From Alphaproteobacteria bacterium (GTDB taxonomy: Bacteria; Pseudomonadota; Alphaproteobacteria; SHVZ01), in NCBI GenBank assembly GCA_009694025.1, contig SHVZ01000004.1, forward strand, positions 12,025 through 76,024: a DNA stretch of 64,000 nucleotides. The letters are read 5' to 3'. This document shows positions 28,712 to 38,662 of the stretch, one piece after another; position 1 is the stretch's first letter, and each line of letters opens with the position of its first letter. The notes under the pieces were generated by a model that made no database searches, was not told the DNA's origin, and worked only from the letters and a program-made list of their open reading frames with translations. Made by a program: the position numbers and the translations under genes.

Positions 28712-30072
28712 CGATAGGCGGCTTCCAGCTCGCGTACCTGAACCGGCGGAGGCGCGCCGGCCGGCAACGCCCGGCCGACGGCGTCCGTCGCGATCTGCAG
28801 GTAAGCCTCGGCATCCGGTGCAATCAGGTCGTCGAGGCCGGACCTCGCCAGCACCGAGAGCGACTGGCGCGCCAGCGGCCGGCTGCCGCCGAGGGTTACC
28901 ACGGGCGCCCCCGACGACAGCGCGTCGCAGGTGGTGACGCCTCCGGAGAACGGGAACGGGTCGAGGGCGACGTCGATCTCGCGGTAGGCTCGTAGATGCG
29001 CGCCGTCAGGCAGCCACCCGCGGAGGTCGAGCCGCGACTCCGACACGCCATGGGCGGCGAAGGCGTCGATCGCCAGCCGCCGGACCCAGGGCCGATCGAG
29101 CCCCGCCAACTGCAGCAGCAGGCGCGCGTCCGGCACCTGCCGCAGCAGCCGCGACCACAGGGCGATGACCGGCGGTGACAGCTTCGCCAGCTTGTTCAGC
29201 GACCCGAAGACCGGCGGGCCGGCGCGCGGCAATCGCGAACCGAGTTTCGGTCGCGCCAGACGCCCGGACGTCAGGCGGAGAACGGCCTCGGTGAAATGGC
29301 CCGACGTCGGCGCCTCCCAGGGATCGGAAAGCGCCGCGTCCATCGCGGCTATGCCGGTGGTGGCGCCGTATCCCAGGAACGACGCCTGCGCCGGCGCCGG
29401 CTTCCGCGCGAAAACGAGCAGCCGATTGCCCCAGGTATGGCCGGCGAGGTCGACGAGCACGTCGATCCCGTCGTCGCGGATACGGTCGGCGAGCGCATCG
29501 TCGTCGAGATCGGCGACGCGATGCCAGGCGGCGACCGACACCTTGAGGCGTTCGGTGATTCCGTCCTCGGCAAGGCGATCCGAATAGACGTGGACCTCGA
29601 CCGCCTCGGAGGCATGCGCAGGCAAGATGTCGAGCAAGAGACGTCCGACCGGGTGGCGGCCGAGATCGGCCGAGACGTAGCCGACCCGCAGGCGATCTCG
29701 CACGACCGGTGAATGCGCGTACCGCGGCAGCCCGTCGGCATGCCGCTTCGCCCAGTCCCGGTGCGCCTGGACGAGGCGCGCATCGTCGATGTCCGGATCG
29801 AATTGCGCCAGGTAGAGCGCGGCACTTTCGATCTCGGCCGAGCCGATGTCGGCGAACGGATCGAGGCAGGCTTCGGCGAAGTCGATGCCATGGGGCGCAT
29901 CGGCGCGCGCGGCGGCGTCGGCCGGAAAGTCGAGGGCCTTCAGGAGGTCGGTCCGCCAGGAAAGGCACTTCCGGTCGTCGGGCCGGCGCTTCAGTCCGCG
30001 TTCGGCGAGGTCGAGGGCCGCGAGCCGACGCGCGGCAAGATGCAGCCGGCGGGCGGAATCACCGGCCTTCAT
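28672..30072 (-). CDS. GT41-like (SPINDLY/O-GlcNAc-transferase-type) glycosyltransferase, catalytic region only
   Basis: ATG at 30072. RVGYVSADLGRHPVG, DVLVDLAGHT, FGSLNKLAKLSP and DPFPFSGGVTTCDAL match the remembered GT41 pattern. Overlaps the nagA 3' end by 14 nt. Confidence 0.6.
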   Translation of the reverse strand: MKAGDSARRLHLAARRLAALDLAERGLKRRPDDRKCLSWRTDLLKALDFPADAAARADAPHGIDFAEACLDPFADIGSAEIESAALYLAQFDPDIDDARLVQAHRDWAKRHADGLPRYAHSPVVRDRLRVGYVSADLGRHPVGRLLLDILPAHASEAVEVHVYSDRLAEDGITERLKVSVAAWHRVADLDDDALADRIRDDGIDVLVDLAGHTWGNRLLVFARKPAPAQASFLGYGATTGIAAMDAALSDPWEAPTSGHFTEAVLRLTSGRLARPKLGSRLPRAGPPVFGSLNKLAKLSPPVIALWSRLLRQVPDARLLLQLAGLDRPWVRRLAIDAFAAHGVSESRLDLRGWLPDGAHLRAYREIDVALDPFPFSGGVTTCDALSSGAPVVTLGGSRPLARQSLSVLARSGLDDLIAPDAEAYLQIATDAVGRALPAGAPPPVQVRELEAAYRQLAGKRRGSSPA

Positions 30073-31201
30073 GCGTGGCGTCTCCACCGATCCACGTCCC
30101 GATCGCTTGCAGACGGTCGTCGAGGAGGACCAAGTCGGCGCGCTGGCCGGGAGCGATGCGGCCGCGGTCATCGAGGTCGATCGCCCTGGCCGGATAGAGC
30201 GAGGCCATGCGCAACGCCTCCCCGAGATCGAGGCCGATCAGCCGGACGGCGTTGGCGACGGCACGGGCCATGTCGAGGTCGGCGCCGGCGAGCGTCCCGT
30301 CCGCGCCGACGAGGCGCCCGCCTTCGGCGCGGATCGCACGCCCGCCGAGATCGAAGGCGGCGGGGCCGCCGGCGGCCGGCGGCATGGCGTCGCTCACCAG
30401 GATCATCGCCCCCTTGGGCTTAGCCGCGATGGCCATTCTGAGCGCCGCCGGATGGACGTGGTGACCGTCGACGATCAACCCGCACCAGGCCGGCTGGTGA
30501 TCGAGTGCGGCGCCGACCATGCCGGGCGCACGCGAGGCGAGCGGCGTCATCGCGTTGAAGAGGTGGGTGACGCCGGTGATGCCGCGGCGGAACCCGGTCA
30601 TAGCCTGGTCGTAGGTGGCGTCCGTGTGACCGGCAGCGACGACGACGCCAGCCGAGACCAGGCGTTCGATCAGACCGGGTGGTGCCAGCTCCGGGGCAAG
30701 CGTCACCAGAGTGCGGCCGACTGGCAGCTCGGCCAGCAGCGCGAGATCGGTCTGAGTCGGCACGCGGATGAAGCGGGCATCATGGATGCCGCGCCGGGCC
30801 GGGTTGACGAACGGTCCCTCGAGATGGAGGCCGAGGAGGCCGGGAACGCCCTCGGCCAGGGCAGCGCGGGTCACCTCGACCGCCGCGGCCATCTTCTCGG
30901 GTGCATCGGTGATGAAGGTGACGAGGAAGCCGGTGGTGCCGAAAGCACGATGCGCCCGGCCGATGGCGCGGATCGCGTCTACCGTCGGTGTCGTGTTGAA
31001 GAGGACGCCGCCGCCGCCGTTCACCTGCAGATCGACAAATCCAGGCGTCAGCAGTCCGCCGTCGAGCGGCACGCGCTCGGCCGACGCGGGCACGTCGCCC
31101 TCGGGCACGACCGCAGCGACGCGGGCGCCATCGGCCAGCACCGCCACGCCGGTACGGATCGCCTCGCCATCGAAGATTCGGCTGCCGATGAACGCCTTCA
31201 C
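30059..31201 (-). CDS. nagA: N-acetylglucosamine-6-phosphate deacetylase
   Basis: GTG at 31201 (GTGA overlap with the upstream SIS gene). 380 aa. PGFVDLQVNGGGG, HLEGPF, AGHT and HLFNAM signatures. Confidence 0.85.
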   Translation of the reverse strand: MKAFIGSRIFDGEAIRTGVAVLADGARVAAVVPEGDVPASAERVPLDGGLLTPGFVDLQVNGGGGVLFNTTPTVDAIRAIGRAHRAFGTTGFLVTFITDAPEKMAAAVEVTRAALAEGVPGLLGLHLEGPFVNPARRGIHDARFIRVPTQTDLALLAELPVGRTLVTLAPELAPPGLIERLVSAGVVVAAGHTDATYDQAMTGFRRGITGVTHLFNAMTPLASRAPGMVGAALDHQPAWCGLIVDGHHVHPAALRMAIAAKPKGAMILVSDAMPPAAGGPAAFDLGGRAIRAEGGRLVGADGTLAGADLDMARAVANAVRLIGLDLGEALRMASLYPARAIDLDDRGRIAPGQRADLVLLDDRLQAIGTWIGGDATHEGR

Positions 31202-32220
31202 AAGGTCTCCGTCACTTTGCGGAGGTGCCGGGGCCGGTCGGGATCGAGCCCGCGCTCGACCGCCGCCCGCGCCACCCAGGGATAAAACACCTGCGCCTCG
31301 AGGATCAGGTCGAGGGCCGGATGCAGCGGCGAGGCGCCGGTCGGCACGCGGGCGATCACGCCTCCCTTCGCCGCCAGCGCCGCCAGCGTCTCCTCCATCG
31401 AGGCCCGGGTCTCGTCGTCCTGGACGAAGGCGAGCACCGGGAAGCCCGGCTCGACCAGAGCCACCGGCCCGTGCAGCACCTCGGCTGCCGAATAGGCCTC
31501 GGCATGCAGGCCCAGAACCTCCTTGAGCTTGAGCGCCGCCTCCGAGGCGATGGCGAAGCCGAGCCCGCGGCCGACAACGAAGAGCGACGACGCCCGGCCG
31601 AGCGGAGGGTCCCAGTCGGCAGACGCGGCCTGCCTCAGCGCCTCCGGCAGGCGACCGAGCGCGGCAGTGAGCTTGCCGTCGTCGGACCACGCCGCGACGA
31701 GCTGGGCCAGCGCCGAGAGCGACGCGAGGAAGCTCTTGGTGGCGGCGATGCTGGTTTCCGCCCCGGCCATCAGCGGCAGCACCGCGTCCGAGGCCCGCGC
31801 CAGTGGTGAGTCGACGTCGTTGACGAGCGCCAGGGTCAGCGCGCCGGCGGCCTTGGCCGCCTCGGCCTGCACGACGAGGTCGGGGCTACGGCCGGACTGG
31901 GAGACTGAGAAGAACAGCGCACCGTCTAGCTTGAGCGGCGCCTTGTAGAGGGTGGCGACCGCCGGCGCGGCGGCGGCGGTGAACAGGCCGAGGCGGGTCT
32001 CGATCAGATACTTGCCGTAGCGGGCCGCGTGCGCGGAGGAGCCGCGGGCGGCGCTGACGACGAATCGGGGCGGCGACGCCTTCAGGCGGCGCACGATCTC
32101 GGCGATCGCGGCCCGGTTGCCGGCGAGCTGGGCCGCGATTCGATCCGGCGCTTCCAGCGCCTCGGTCAGCAGACGAGGAGGTGCCACGAGGTTCCAGCCA
32201 GTGAGCGCCGATGCTAGCAT
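31198..32220 (-). CDS. Tandem-SIS-domain glucosamine-6-phosphate deaminase/isomerase (NagB-II / GlmS C-terminal-like)
   Basis: ATG at 32220. 340 aa. ARGSSAHAA, SQSGRSPD and IAATKSF SIS motifs. The upstream 224 codons of the track ORF are antisense shadow of murQ. Confidence 0.75.
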   Translation of the reverse strand: MLASALTGWNLVAPPRLLTEALEAPDRIAAQLAGNRAAIAEIVRRLKASPPRFVVSAARGSSAHAARYGKYLIETRLGLFTAAAAPAVATLYKAPLKLDGALFFSVSQSGRSPDLVVQAEAAKAAGALTLALVNDVDSPLARASDAVLPLMAGAETSIAATKSFLASLSALAQLVAAWSDDGKLTAALGRLPEALRQAASADWDPPLGRASSLFVVGRGLGFAIASEAALKLKEVLGLHAEAYSAAEVLHGPVALVEPGFPVLAFVQDDETRASMEETLAALAAKGGVIARVPTGASPLHPALDLILEAQVFYPWVARAAVERGLDPDRPRHLRKVTETL

Positions 32221-32247
32221 GCGCGCCTTACCGAATCCGGGAGTCGC

Positions 32248-33129
32248 ATGTCCACCGAATCCGTCGGCGCCCGCTACCGCGGCCTGGATGCCTGGCCGAG
32301 CCGCGACATCCTGGATGTCTTCATCGAAGGCCAGATGGCGGCGATCGCCGCGGTTCGCGCCGCCGTGCCTCAGATCGAAGCCGCCGCCGAGGCGGTGACG
32401 GCTCGGCTCCGGGCCGGCGGGCGCCTGGTCTATGTCGGGGCCGGCACCTCGGGGCGGCTCGGCCTCTTGGACGGGGTCGAGCTGATTCCGACCTTCGACT
32501 GGCCGGCCGAACGCGTCGTCTATCTGCTCGCCGGCGGCGAGGGCGCGCTCCTCCGCGCGGTCGAAGGCGCCGAGGACGACCGCGAGGCCGGCCGGCGCGA
32601 CATCGCCGATGCCAACGTCACGGCCGACGATGCGGTGATCGCCATCGCCGCCAGCGGCTCGACGCCCTATACGCTGGCCGCGCTCGAGGCCGGGCGCGCG
32701 AAAGGTGCGCTCGGCATCGCCATCGCCAACAACCTGGGAGCGCCGCTGCTCGCCGCCGCGGAGTTCCCGATCCTGCTGGACACCGGCACCGAGGCGATCG
32801 GCGGCTCGACCCGGATGAAGGCCGGAACCGCGCAGAAGGCGACGCTCAATCTCCTCTCCTCGCTGGTGATGACCCGCCTCGGCCGCGTCCATGACGGCTA
32901 CATGGTCGACCTCCGGGCGACCAACGAGAAGCTCCGGCGCCGGAGCGAGCAGATGCTGACCGAGATGACCGGCGCAAGCGCCGAGGCGGCGCAGGCAGCG
33001 CTCCGGCGCTGCGCCGGGCGGGTGAAGCCGGCGGTGCTGGTGCTGAGGGGGTTGACCCCTGAAGCAGCCGACAAGGCGTTGGCCGAGGCCGGCGGCAGCC
33101 TTCGACGCGCGCTGCAGAAGACCGCATGA
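32248..33129 (+). CDS. murQ: N-acetylmuramic acid 6-phosphate etherase
   Basis: 293 aa. GRLVYVGAGTSGRLG, AEDD, IAASGSTPY and GSTRMKAGTAQK are MurQ hallmarks. Confidence 0.85.
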   Translation: MSTESVGARYRGLDAWPSRDILDVFIEGQMAAIAAVRAAVPQIEAAAEAVTARLRAGGRLVYVGAGTSGRLGLLDGVELIPTFDWPAERVVYLLAGGEGALLRAVEGAEDDREAGRRDIADANVTADDAVIAIAASGSTPYTLAALEAGRAKGALGIAIANNLGAPLLAAAEFPILLDTGTEAIGGSTRMKAGTAQKATLNLLSSLVMTRLGRVHDGYMVDLRATNEKLRRRSEQMLTEMTGASAEAAQAALRRCAGRVKPAVLVLRGLTPEAADKALAEAGGSLRRALQKTA

Positions 33130-35177
33130 ACCGTCACCAGCGGCGGGCCCAGGCGAAGCAGCGCGGACCCGACCCGCAGGTGCAGCGGGGGCTCGCCGCC
33201 TTTCAGGCCGGGCGCCTCGACGAGGCGGAGGCGATCATGGCCGCGGTGCTGGCTGGGAGCCCGCGCGAGCCGACTGCGCTCCACATCGCCGGTCTCATCT
33301 CCCTGCAGCGCGGCAACCCGGAAGCCGCGGTCGGACGCCTGGCCGCCGCGGTCCGGGCCAAGCCGGACTATGCCGAGGCCCAGAACAACTTCGGCCGCGT
33401 CCTCCTCCTCCTCGATCGTCCGTCCGAGGCGGCCCAGTGCTTCCGTGCCGCTCTCAGGCACGCGCCGGGCGTCGCTGAGATTCACGGCCATCTCGGCGAA
33501 GCGCTGCTGGCGGAAGCCCAGCTCGGCGCGGCGACTGTATCGCTCCGGCGCGCGCTTGCCCTCGATCCGCGTCTGACCTCGGCACTCGCGGGGCTCGGGA
33601 CGATCTCGACGGCGCTCGGCCGGGGGGATGAGGCGAAGCGCCGGCATTCCGCCGCCCTCGCCATCACCCCGGGGTTCCCGCCGAGCCTCCGCGGACTCGG
33701 CGAAGCACGACTGGTCTCCGGTGATCCCGTCGGCGCCATCGCCGGATTCGAGGCGGCGCTCCGGACGATGCCGCAGGATCTTGCGGTGCTCGGCAACCTC
33801 GCCGTCGCCTGGCGAGAGGCCGGCCGGCTCGACCGCGGGCTCGCCTATCAGCGGCACATCCTTGCGCTCCAGCCGGCGACCGGTGCGACGCTCGGCCACC
33901 TCGCCCAGGGTCTCCTCACCCTCGCGCGCCCCGAAGCGGCGGTCGTGGCCGCCCGCCGGCGGCTGACGACGGAGGCGAGCGAATCGGCGCGGAAGTCGTT
34001 GCGCGCAAGCCTGCTCTATCTGCCGGGCCTCGATCCGGCGAAGGCTCTCGGCGAACGGCGTCGCCTAGCCCCGGCGACCGCGGAGGCGCCGCGCTGGCGC
34101 AACCCGGTCGCACCCGACCGTCCTCTCCGCGTCGCCTATCTCTCCTCGGATTTCCGCGACCACCCGGTCGCCCGCAGCCTGATGCCGCTGATCGCCGGCC
34201 ACGACCAGGCGCATATCCAGTCCCGGCTCTACGGCGAGGTCGCGCGCGAGGACACGGTCACCCGGCAGTTTCGAGACCTCGCCCCCTGGAAATCGACCAT
34301 CGGTCTCGACGACGAGGCCCTGGCGAAAACCCTGCGGGCGGACGGCATCGACATCGCCGTCTTCGTCGCCGGCTCCTTCGACGCCAACCGGCTGGAGGCC
34401 GCGGCCCGTCGCTCAGCGCCGGTGCAGATCAGCCTGCACGACGCGGCCACCAGCGGGATCGCCGCGGTGGACGCCCTCATCGCCGATCCCCGGCTGGTAC
34501 CGACCTGCGAACGCGGCCGGTTCACCGAGCGCGTGCTTCGGGTACCCGACCTCTACCTGCATCAGCCGATCGCCGACGCGCCGGAGCCGAGGTTGCCGGA
34601 TGGCGCACCGATCTTCGCCGCCGCCGCCAACCCGGCCAAGCTCAACCTCCGCACGCTGGCGCTCTGGTCAGAGGTGCTGCGGGCGGTGCCGGAGGCTCGT
34701 CTCCGGCTCCGCTACCGGACGGCCTTCGACGACAGGACGCTTCGGGAGTCGATCGCCGCGGCGCTGCCGGCGGGGCGGGTCGACTTCGTGCCGGGCGAGG
34801 CGGCCGCCGCCGCCCATCTCGCCTTCTATCGCGAGGTCCACGCCGTGCTCGACACCTGGCCCTTCTCCGGCTCGACCTCGAGCTTCGAGGCGCTTTGGAT
34901 GGGCGTGCCGGTGATCACGCTGGCCGGCGGCTCGATGGCCGAACGCTGGACCGGCGCGATCCTCGCCGCCATCGGACGGACGGAGTGGATCGCCGGAGAC
35001 GGGGCGGCCTATGTCGCCCGCGCCGCCGCCCTCGTCAGGGATCCCACTCGTCTCGCGAAGGAGCGCGCCGGTCTTCGAGCTGCGCTCGCGCCGTTGACCG
35101 ACGGCCGGCGCCGCGCGCGACAGATCGAGCGGCCGTACCGTGGGCTCTGGCGCCGCTGGTGCCGCGCGGCAGCCTAG
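33126..35177 (+). CDS. TPR-repeat protein fused to GT41-like glycosyltransferase domain
   Basis: 683 aa. About 8 TPR-like repeats in the N-terminal half. [26 protein letters not shown] and [23 protein letters not shown] in the C-terminal half. ATGA overlap with murQ. Confidence 0.7.
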   Translation: MNRHQRRAQAKQRGPDPQVQRGLAAFQAGRLDEAEAIMAAVLAGSPREPTALHIAGLISLQRGNPEAAVGRLAAAVRAKPDYAEAQNNFGRVLLLLDRPSEAAQCFRAALRHAPGVAEIHGHLGEALLAEAQLGAATVSLRRALALDPRLTSALAGLGTISTALGRGDEAKRRHSAALAITPGFPPSLRGLGEARLVSGDPVGAIAGFEAALRTMPQDLAVLGNLAVAWREAGRLDRGLAYQRHILALQPATGATLGHLAQGLLTLARPEAAVVAARRRLTTEASESARKSLRASLLYLPGLDPAKALGERRRLAPATAEAPRWRNPVAPDRPLRVAYLSSDFRDHPVARSLMPLIAGHDQAHIQSRLYGEVAREDTVTRQFRDLAPWKSTIGLDDEALAKTLRADGIDIAVFVAGSFDANRLEAAARRSAPVQISLHDAATSGIAAVDALIADPRLVPTCERGRFTERVLRVPDLYLHQPIADAPEPRLPDGAPIFAAAANPAKLNLRTLALWSEVLRAVPEARLRLRYRTAFDDRTLRESIAAALPAGRVDFVPGEAAAAAHLAFYREVHAVLDTWPFSGSTSSFEALWMGVPVITLAGGSMAERWTGAILAAIGRTEWIAGDGAAYVARAAALVRDPTRLAKERAGLRAALAPLTDGRRRARQIERPYRGLWRRWCRAAA

Positions 35178-36202
35178 GCCGCCTTCTCCTTCATCGGCCC
35201 CTTGATCAGCGCCTCGGCGATCTGCACGGCGTTGAGCGCGGCGCCCTTCCGGAGGTTGTCAGCGACCACCCAGAGCGAGAGGCCGTGCTTCACCGTCGGA
35301 TCGCGGCGGATACGGCTGATATAGACGCTGTCCTCGCCGGCGGCCTCGACCGGGGTCACGTAGCCCTCGTCGAGCCGCCGGTCGATCACCGTCACCCCCG
35401 GCGCTTTCTTCAAGGCGTCCCGCGCCGTCTTCTCGTCGATCGCGTGCTCGAACTCGACGGTGACCGCCTCGGCATGGCCGATGAAGACGGGCACGCGCAC
35501 GCAGGTCGCCGCGACCTGGATGTCGCGCCCCAGAATCTTCTTGGTCTCGACCACCATCTTCCATTCCTCCTTGGTCGAGCCGTCCGCCATGAACGCGTCG
35601 ATGTGGGGAATGACGTTGAAGGCGATCTGCTTGGTGAACCGCTCCTTGGTGACGGGATCGTTCACGTAGATGGCGCGGGTCTGGTTGAACAGCTCGTCCA
35701 TCGCCTCGCGGCCGGCACCGGAGACCGACTGATAGGTGGCGACGACCACGCGCTTGATCCGGGCGAGATCGTGCAGCGGCTTCAGCGCCACCACCATCTG
35801 GATGGTCGAGCAGTTGGGGTTGGCGATGATGTTGCGCTTGCCGTAGTTGGCCAGCGCCTCCGGGTTGACCTCCGGCACCACGAGCGGCACGTCCGGATCC
35901 ATGCGGAAGTAGGAGGTGTTGTCGATCACCACGGCACCGGCCTTGGCCGCCCGCGGCATATGGGCGGCCGAGACCTTGGCGCCGGGCGAGGACAGGACGA
36001 GGTCGGTGCCCTTGAAGTCGAAGGTCGCGAGGTCGCGGACCTTGAGCACCTGGCCCTCGCCGTAGCTGACCTCGCCGCCGACCGAGCGCTCGGAGGCCAG
36101 CGCCACCACGTCGTCCGCCGGAAAGTCCCGCTCGGCGAGCGTCTTCAGCATCTCGCGGCCGACATTCCCGGTCGCGCCGACGACCGCCACTCTGTAGCCC
36201 AT
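35174..36202 (-). CDS. asd: Aspartate-semialdehyde dehydrogenase
   Basis: 342 aa. [18 protein letters not shown] (active-site Cys) and SGAG motifs. Confidence 0.9.
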   Translation of the reverse strand: MGYRVAVVGATGNVGREMLKTLAERDFPADDVVALASERSVGGEVSYGEGQVLKVRDLATFDFKGTDLVLSSPGAKVSAAHMPRAAKAGAVVIDNTSYFRMDPDVPLVVPEVNPEALANYGKRNIIANPNCSTIQMVVALKPLHDLARIKRVVVATYQSVSGAGREAMDELFNQTRAIYVNDPVTKERFTKQIAFNVIPHIDAFMADGSTKEEWKMVVETKKILGRDIQVAATCVRVPVFIGHAEAVTVEFEHAIDEKTARDALKKAPGVTVIDRRLDEGYVTPVEAAGEDSVYISRIRRDPTVKHGLSLWVVADNLRKGAALNAVQIAEALIKGPMKEKAA

Positions 36203-36298
36203 GACGTCCCTCGATTATCCGTGTGCCCGCGCTATCTAGGCCCCCCGCCCCCCTTAGGCAAGGTGACAAGGACGACCGAAGGCGGGAGAATCGCCCTC

Positions 36299-36634
36299 AT
36301 GGACGGGCGATCGCCGACCTATGCCGACTTCTGGCCCCGGTACCTCCGCGAGCACGGGCGGCCGTCGACCCGTACGCTCCACTATCTCGGCACCGGCCTG
36401 GCGCTCCTGCTCCTGGCGACGGCCGTGATCCTCAGGGACTGGCGGCTGGTCCCCGCCGCGGTCGTCTCCGGGTACTTGTTCGCCTGGATCGCCCATGCGG
36501 CGATCGAGCGCAACCGGCCGGCCACCTTCACCCATCCCTGGTGGTCTTTGATCAGCGATTTTCGCATGTTCGGCCTCTGGGCAAGCGGCCGGCTCAAGTC
36601 GCATCTCGACGCTGCCGCCGACCAAAAACAGTGA
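36299..36634 (+). CDS. DUF962 / Mpo1-like small membrane protein
   Basis: ATG at 36299. 111 aa. [18 protein letters not shown], two TM helices and [12 protein letters not shown] are typical of this family. Confidence 0.6.
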   Translation: MDGRSPTYADFWPRYLREHGRPSTRTLHYLGTGLALLLLATAVILRDWRLVPAAVVSGYLFAWIAHAAIERNRPATFTHPWWSLISDFRMFGLWASGRLKSHLDAAADQKQ

Positions 36635-36706
36635 GATGCCAAGGGCCTTGCGCAGGGAGGCCGGCCATGCTCCCTTCGCCGACTTATACGTTGGTGTGGA
36701 CAAAGA

Positions 36707-37705
36707 ATGCGGGATTCGCTCGGAGCGAATATCAAGACCCTGGTCGTGGACCGAAGCCCCGCGCTGGTCCAGCAGATCGGCGATGTGTTCAAGGCATCAC
36801 GTCTCGGCACCGTCGACGGGACCGAATCGCTCGACGAGGCCCGCGCTCGGCTCACCGAGGGCGCCACCAAGTACGACTTGGCGATCGTCGAGTTCGGCGA
36901 CGCCGGGGAATTCGGCTTCGACCTCCTGAAATGGGTCCGCACCGATGCGAACTCGGCGACGCCGGCACTGCCGGTCATCGCCACCTCGCCGGTGTTCACC
37001 GCCGATCAGGTCAAACGCTCGATCGACTGCGGCGCCGACTACTTCCTGACCAAGCCCTTCAACCGCGAGCGGCTGCTGGGCGCGGTCGAACGGACCGTCC
37101 TGAAGCCGCGGCGGCTCTTCGTCACCTCGACCTATGTCGGCCCCGATCGGCGCACGCGGGGCGATCACGACACGGTCGAGCGTCGCCTTACCGCCGATAC
37201 CCGAATCCACCGCGTCCGCGACCCTTACCGCTTCACCGTCGACGACGGCGCGCTGGTCATCGTCTTCGAGCATCTGCCTGACGGCAAACCGCGCGCGCTT
37301 CCGGCAGACGCGGTGCGCAAAGCGATCGCCGCCATCGCAGCTTCGCGCGAGGCGACGGCCGAAGCGATGACCGGCTATTCCCACCGGCTGGACGGTGATT
37401 TCGACGAGTTCCGCCGGGATCCCTTCGGACACGCCCGCGCCATGATGAACGCTACCGCAACTCATGTTGCCGAGGACTCCTCCGCCGCCGGCTTCACCTT
37501 GATGAGCGCGGTGTCGCGCTCGCTCGTCCACTATACGGGCGGCGAATACCTCGCCTCCGGCCGGTTCATGGAGTTCATCAAGGCGCATCTGATCGCCTTC
37601 CGTACCGCGGTTCGCCACAAGATCCTGGATGACGGCGGCATGGTCGGGCGCGAGCTCATGGGCCTGGTCGCCAGCGCCCGCAAGGCCTTCACCTCGAAGA
37701 ACTGA
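36707..37705 (+). CDS. Response-regulator-like protein: pseudo-receiver domain (phospho-acceptor Asp replaced by Glu) plus uncharacterised helical C-terminal domain
   Basis: 332 aa. REC topology: LVVD, DLAIVEFGDAGEFGFDLLKWVR (Glu where the acceptor Asp is expected), ATS, and TKPF with the conserved Lys. The C-terminal roughly 190 aa has no family I can name. Confidence 0.6.
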   Translation: MRDSLGANIKTLVVDRSPALVQQIGDVFKASRLGTVDGTESLDEARARLTEGATKYDLAIVEFGDAGEFGFDLLKWVRTDANSATPALPVIATSPVFTADQVKRSIDCGADYFLTKPFNRERLLGAVERTVLKPRRLFVTSTYVGPDRRTRGDHDTVERRLTADTRIHRVRDPYRFTVDDGALVIVFEHLPDGKPRALPADAVRKAIAAIAASREATAEAMTGYSHRLDGDFDEFRRDPFGHARAMMNATATHVAEDSSAAGFTLMSAVSRSLVHYTGGEYLASGRFMEFIKAHLIAFRTAVRHKILDDGGMVGRELMGLVASARKAFTSKN

Positions 37706-37715
37706 GGCGGGCCGG

Positions 37716-38588
37716 CTACATTCCTCCGACGACCGGCGGCACCGACATATCGGCCGCTGCACGCTTGCCCGGCTTGGCGGCGCCGGCGTAGAGCACGCCC
37801 AGCTGCCGCTCGGTGATCTGTCGATGGCGCTCGACGGCGGCCGGATGCAGATCGCCCTCTGGCCTAAGCTCGTGGTCGAAGTTGCCGTAGACATCCTTGC
37901 CGCGCGCCGGCGTGGCACTTGTCCGGTCGATGCCGAGCTGGCGGAGCCGGGTCGGGATGTAGCGGATCGCGAGACCGACGCGCGGGACCTCCGTCCGGTT
38001 GACCTCAGAGCCATGGACGAGAAGGACGTGGTGCAGCGACATCTCGCCGGGCTTGAGCTCGATGTCGACCGCCTTGGCCTCGTCGACCTCGGCGGCGATC
38101 TCCTGGCCGCGCGACAGCATATTCTTGTCGCTGAAGGTATCGGCGTGAGGAAGCTGGGTCATGTGGGTGCCCGGCATCACCCGCATGCAGCCGGACGCCC
38201 GGGTGCTCGGCGTGAAGGCGACCCAGGCGGTGAGCACGTCGGGCGACGAGAGGCCCCAATATGTGGCGTCCTGGTGCCAGGAGACGAAATTGCCGTCTCC
38301 CGGCCACTTGTTGAAGAAGCCAGACGACCAGCAGAAGAGATCCGGTCCCAGCACCGGCTCGACCGCATCAAGAATGCGGGAGTCGGTGACGATGTCGTAG
38401 AGCCACGGGAACAGGAGGTGGGCCTTCTGGTTGTGGCGGCCCTTGAATGGCCCACCCAGCATCCGCTCGGACTCGACCAGGCGCAGATAGAGGCCGCCGG
38501 CCTCGTCTTCCGAGAACGCCCGAATCGGGAAGTGGTAGCCGCGCTCGTCGTACCCGGCGGCCTCGGCCGACTTCAGCGCCAATGGCAT
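37716..38588 (-). CDS. Phytanoyl-CoA dioxygenase (PhyH) family Fe(II)/2-oxoglutarate oxygenase
   Basis: ATG at 38588. 290 aa. WHQDATYW (H-x-D facial triad), a distal His in LHHVLLVHGS and Arg in GLAIRY. Confidence 0.75.
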   Translation of the reverse strand: MPLALKSAEAAGYDERGYHFPIRAFSEDEAGGLYLRLVESERMLGGPFKGRHNQKAHLLFPWLYDIVTDSRILDAVEPVLGPDLFCWSSGFFNKWPGDGNFVSWHQDATYWGLSSPDVLTAWVAFTPSTRASGCMRVMPGTHMTQLPHADTFSDKNMLSRGQEIAAEVDEAKAVDIELKPGEMSLHHVLLVHGSEVNRTEVPRVGLAIRYIPTRLRQLGIDRTSATPARGKDVYGNFDHELRPEGDLHPAAVERHRQITERQLGVLYAGAAKPGKRAAADMSVPPVVGGM

Positions 38589-38662
38589 CGGAACCCTACT
38601 TTCCTTTCGGAAACTCGCGCCATAGTGCCGGGCTCCCGATGCCCGGGTCAAGGCGGGCGCGC

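Noticed and set aside
32221-32892. Upstream 224 codons of the 564-aa ORF 31198..32892, and likewise 30073..30171, 54283..54441, 4006..4344, 9098..9811, 18702..19976, 20303..21013, 25428..26303 and 34895..36298.
   Set aside because: These are N-terminal extensions produced by the absence of stop codons in GC-rich DNA. In every case the extension overlaps a supported neighbouring gene and the family homology starts at an internal ATG or GTG, often with an ATGA/GTGA coupling overlap.
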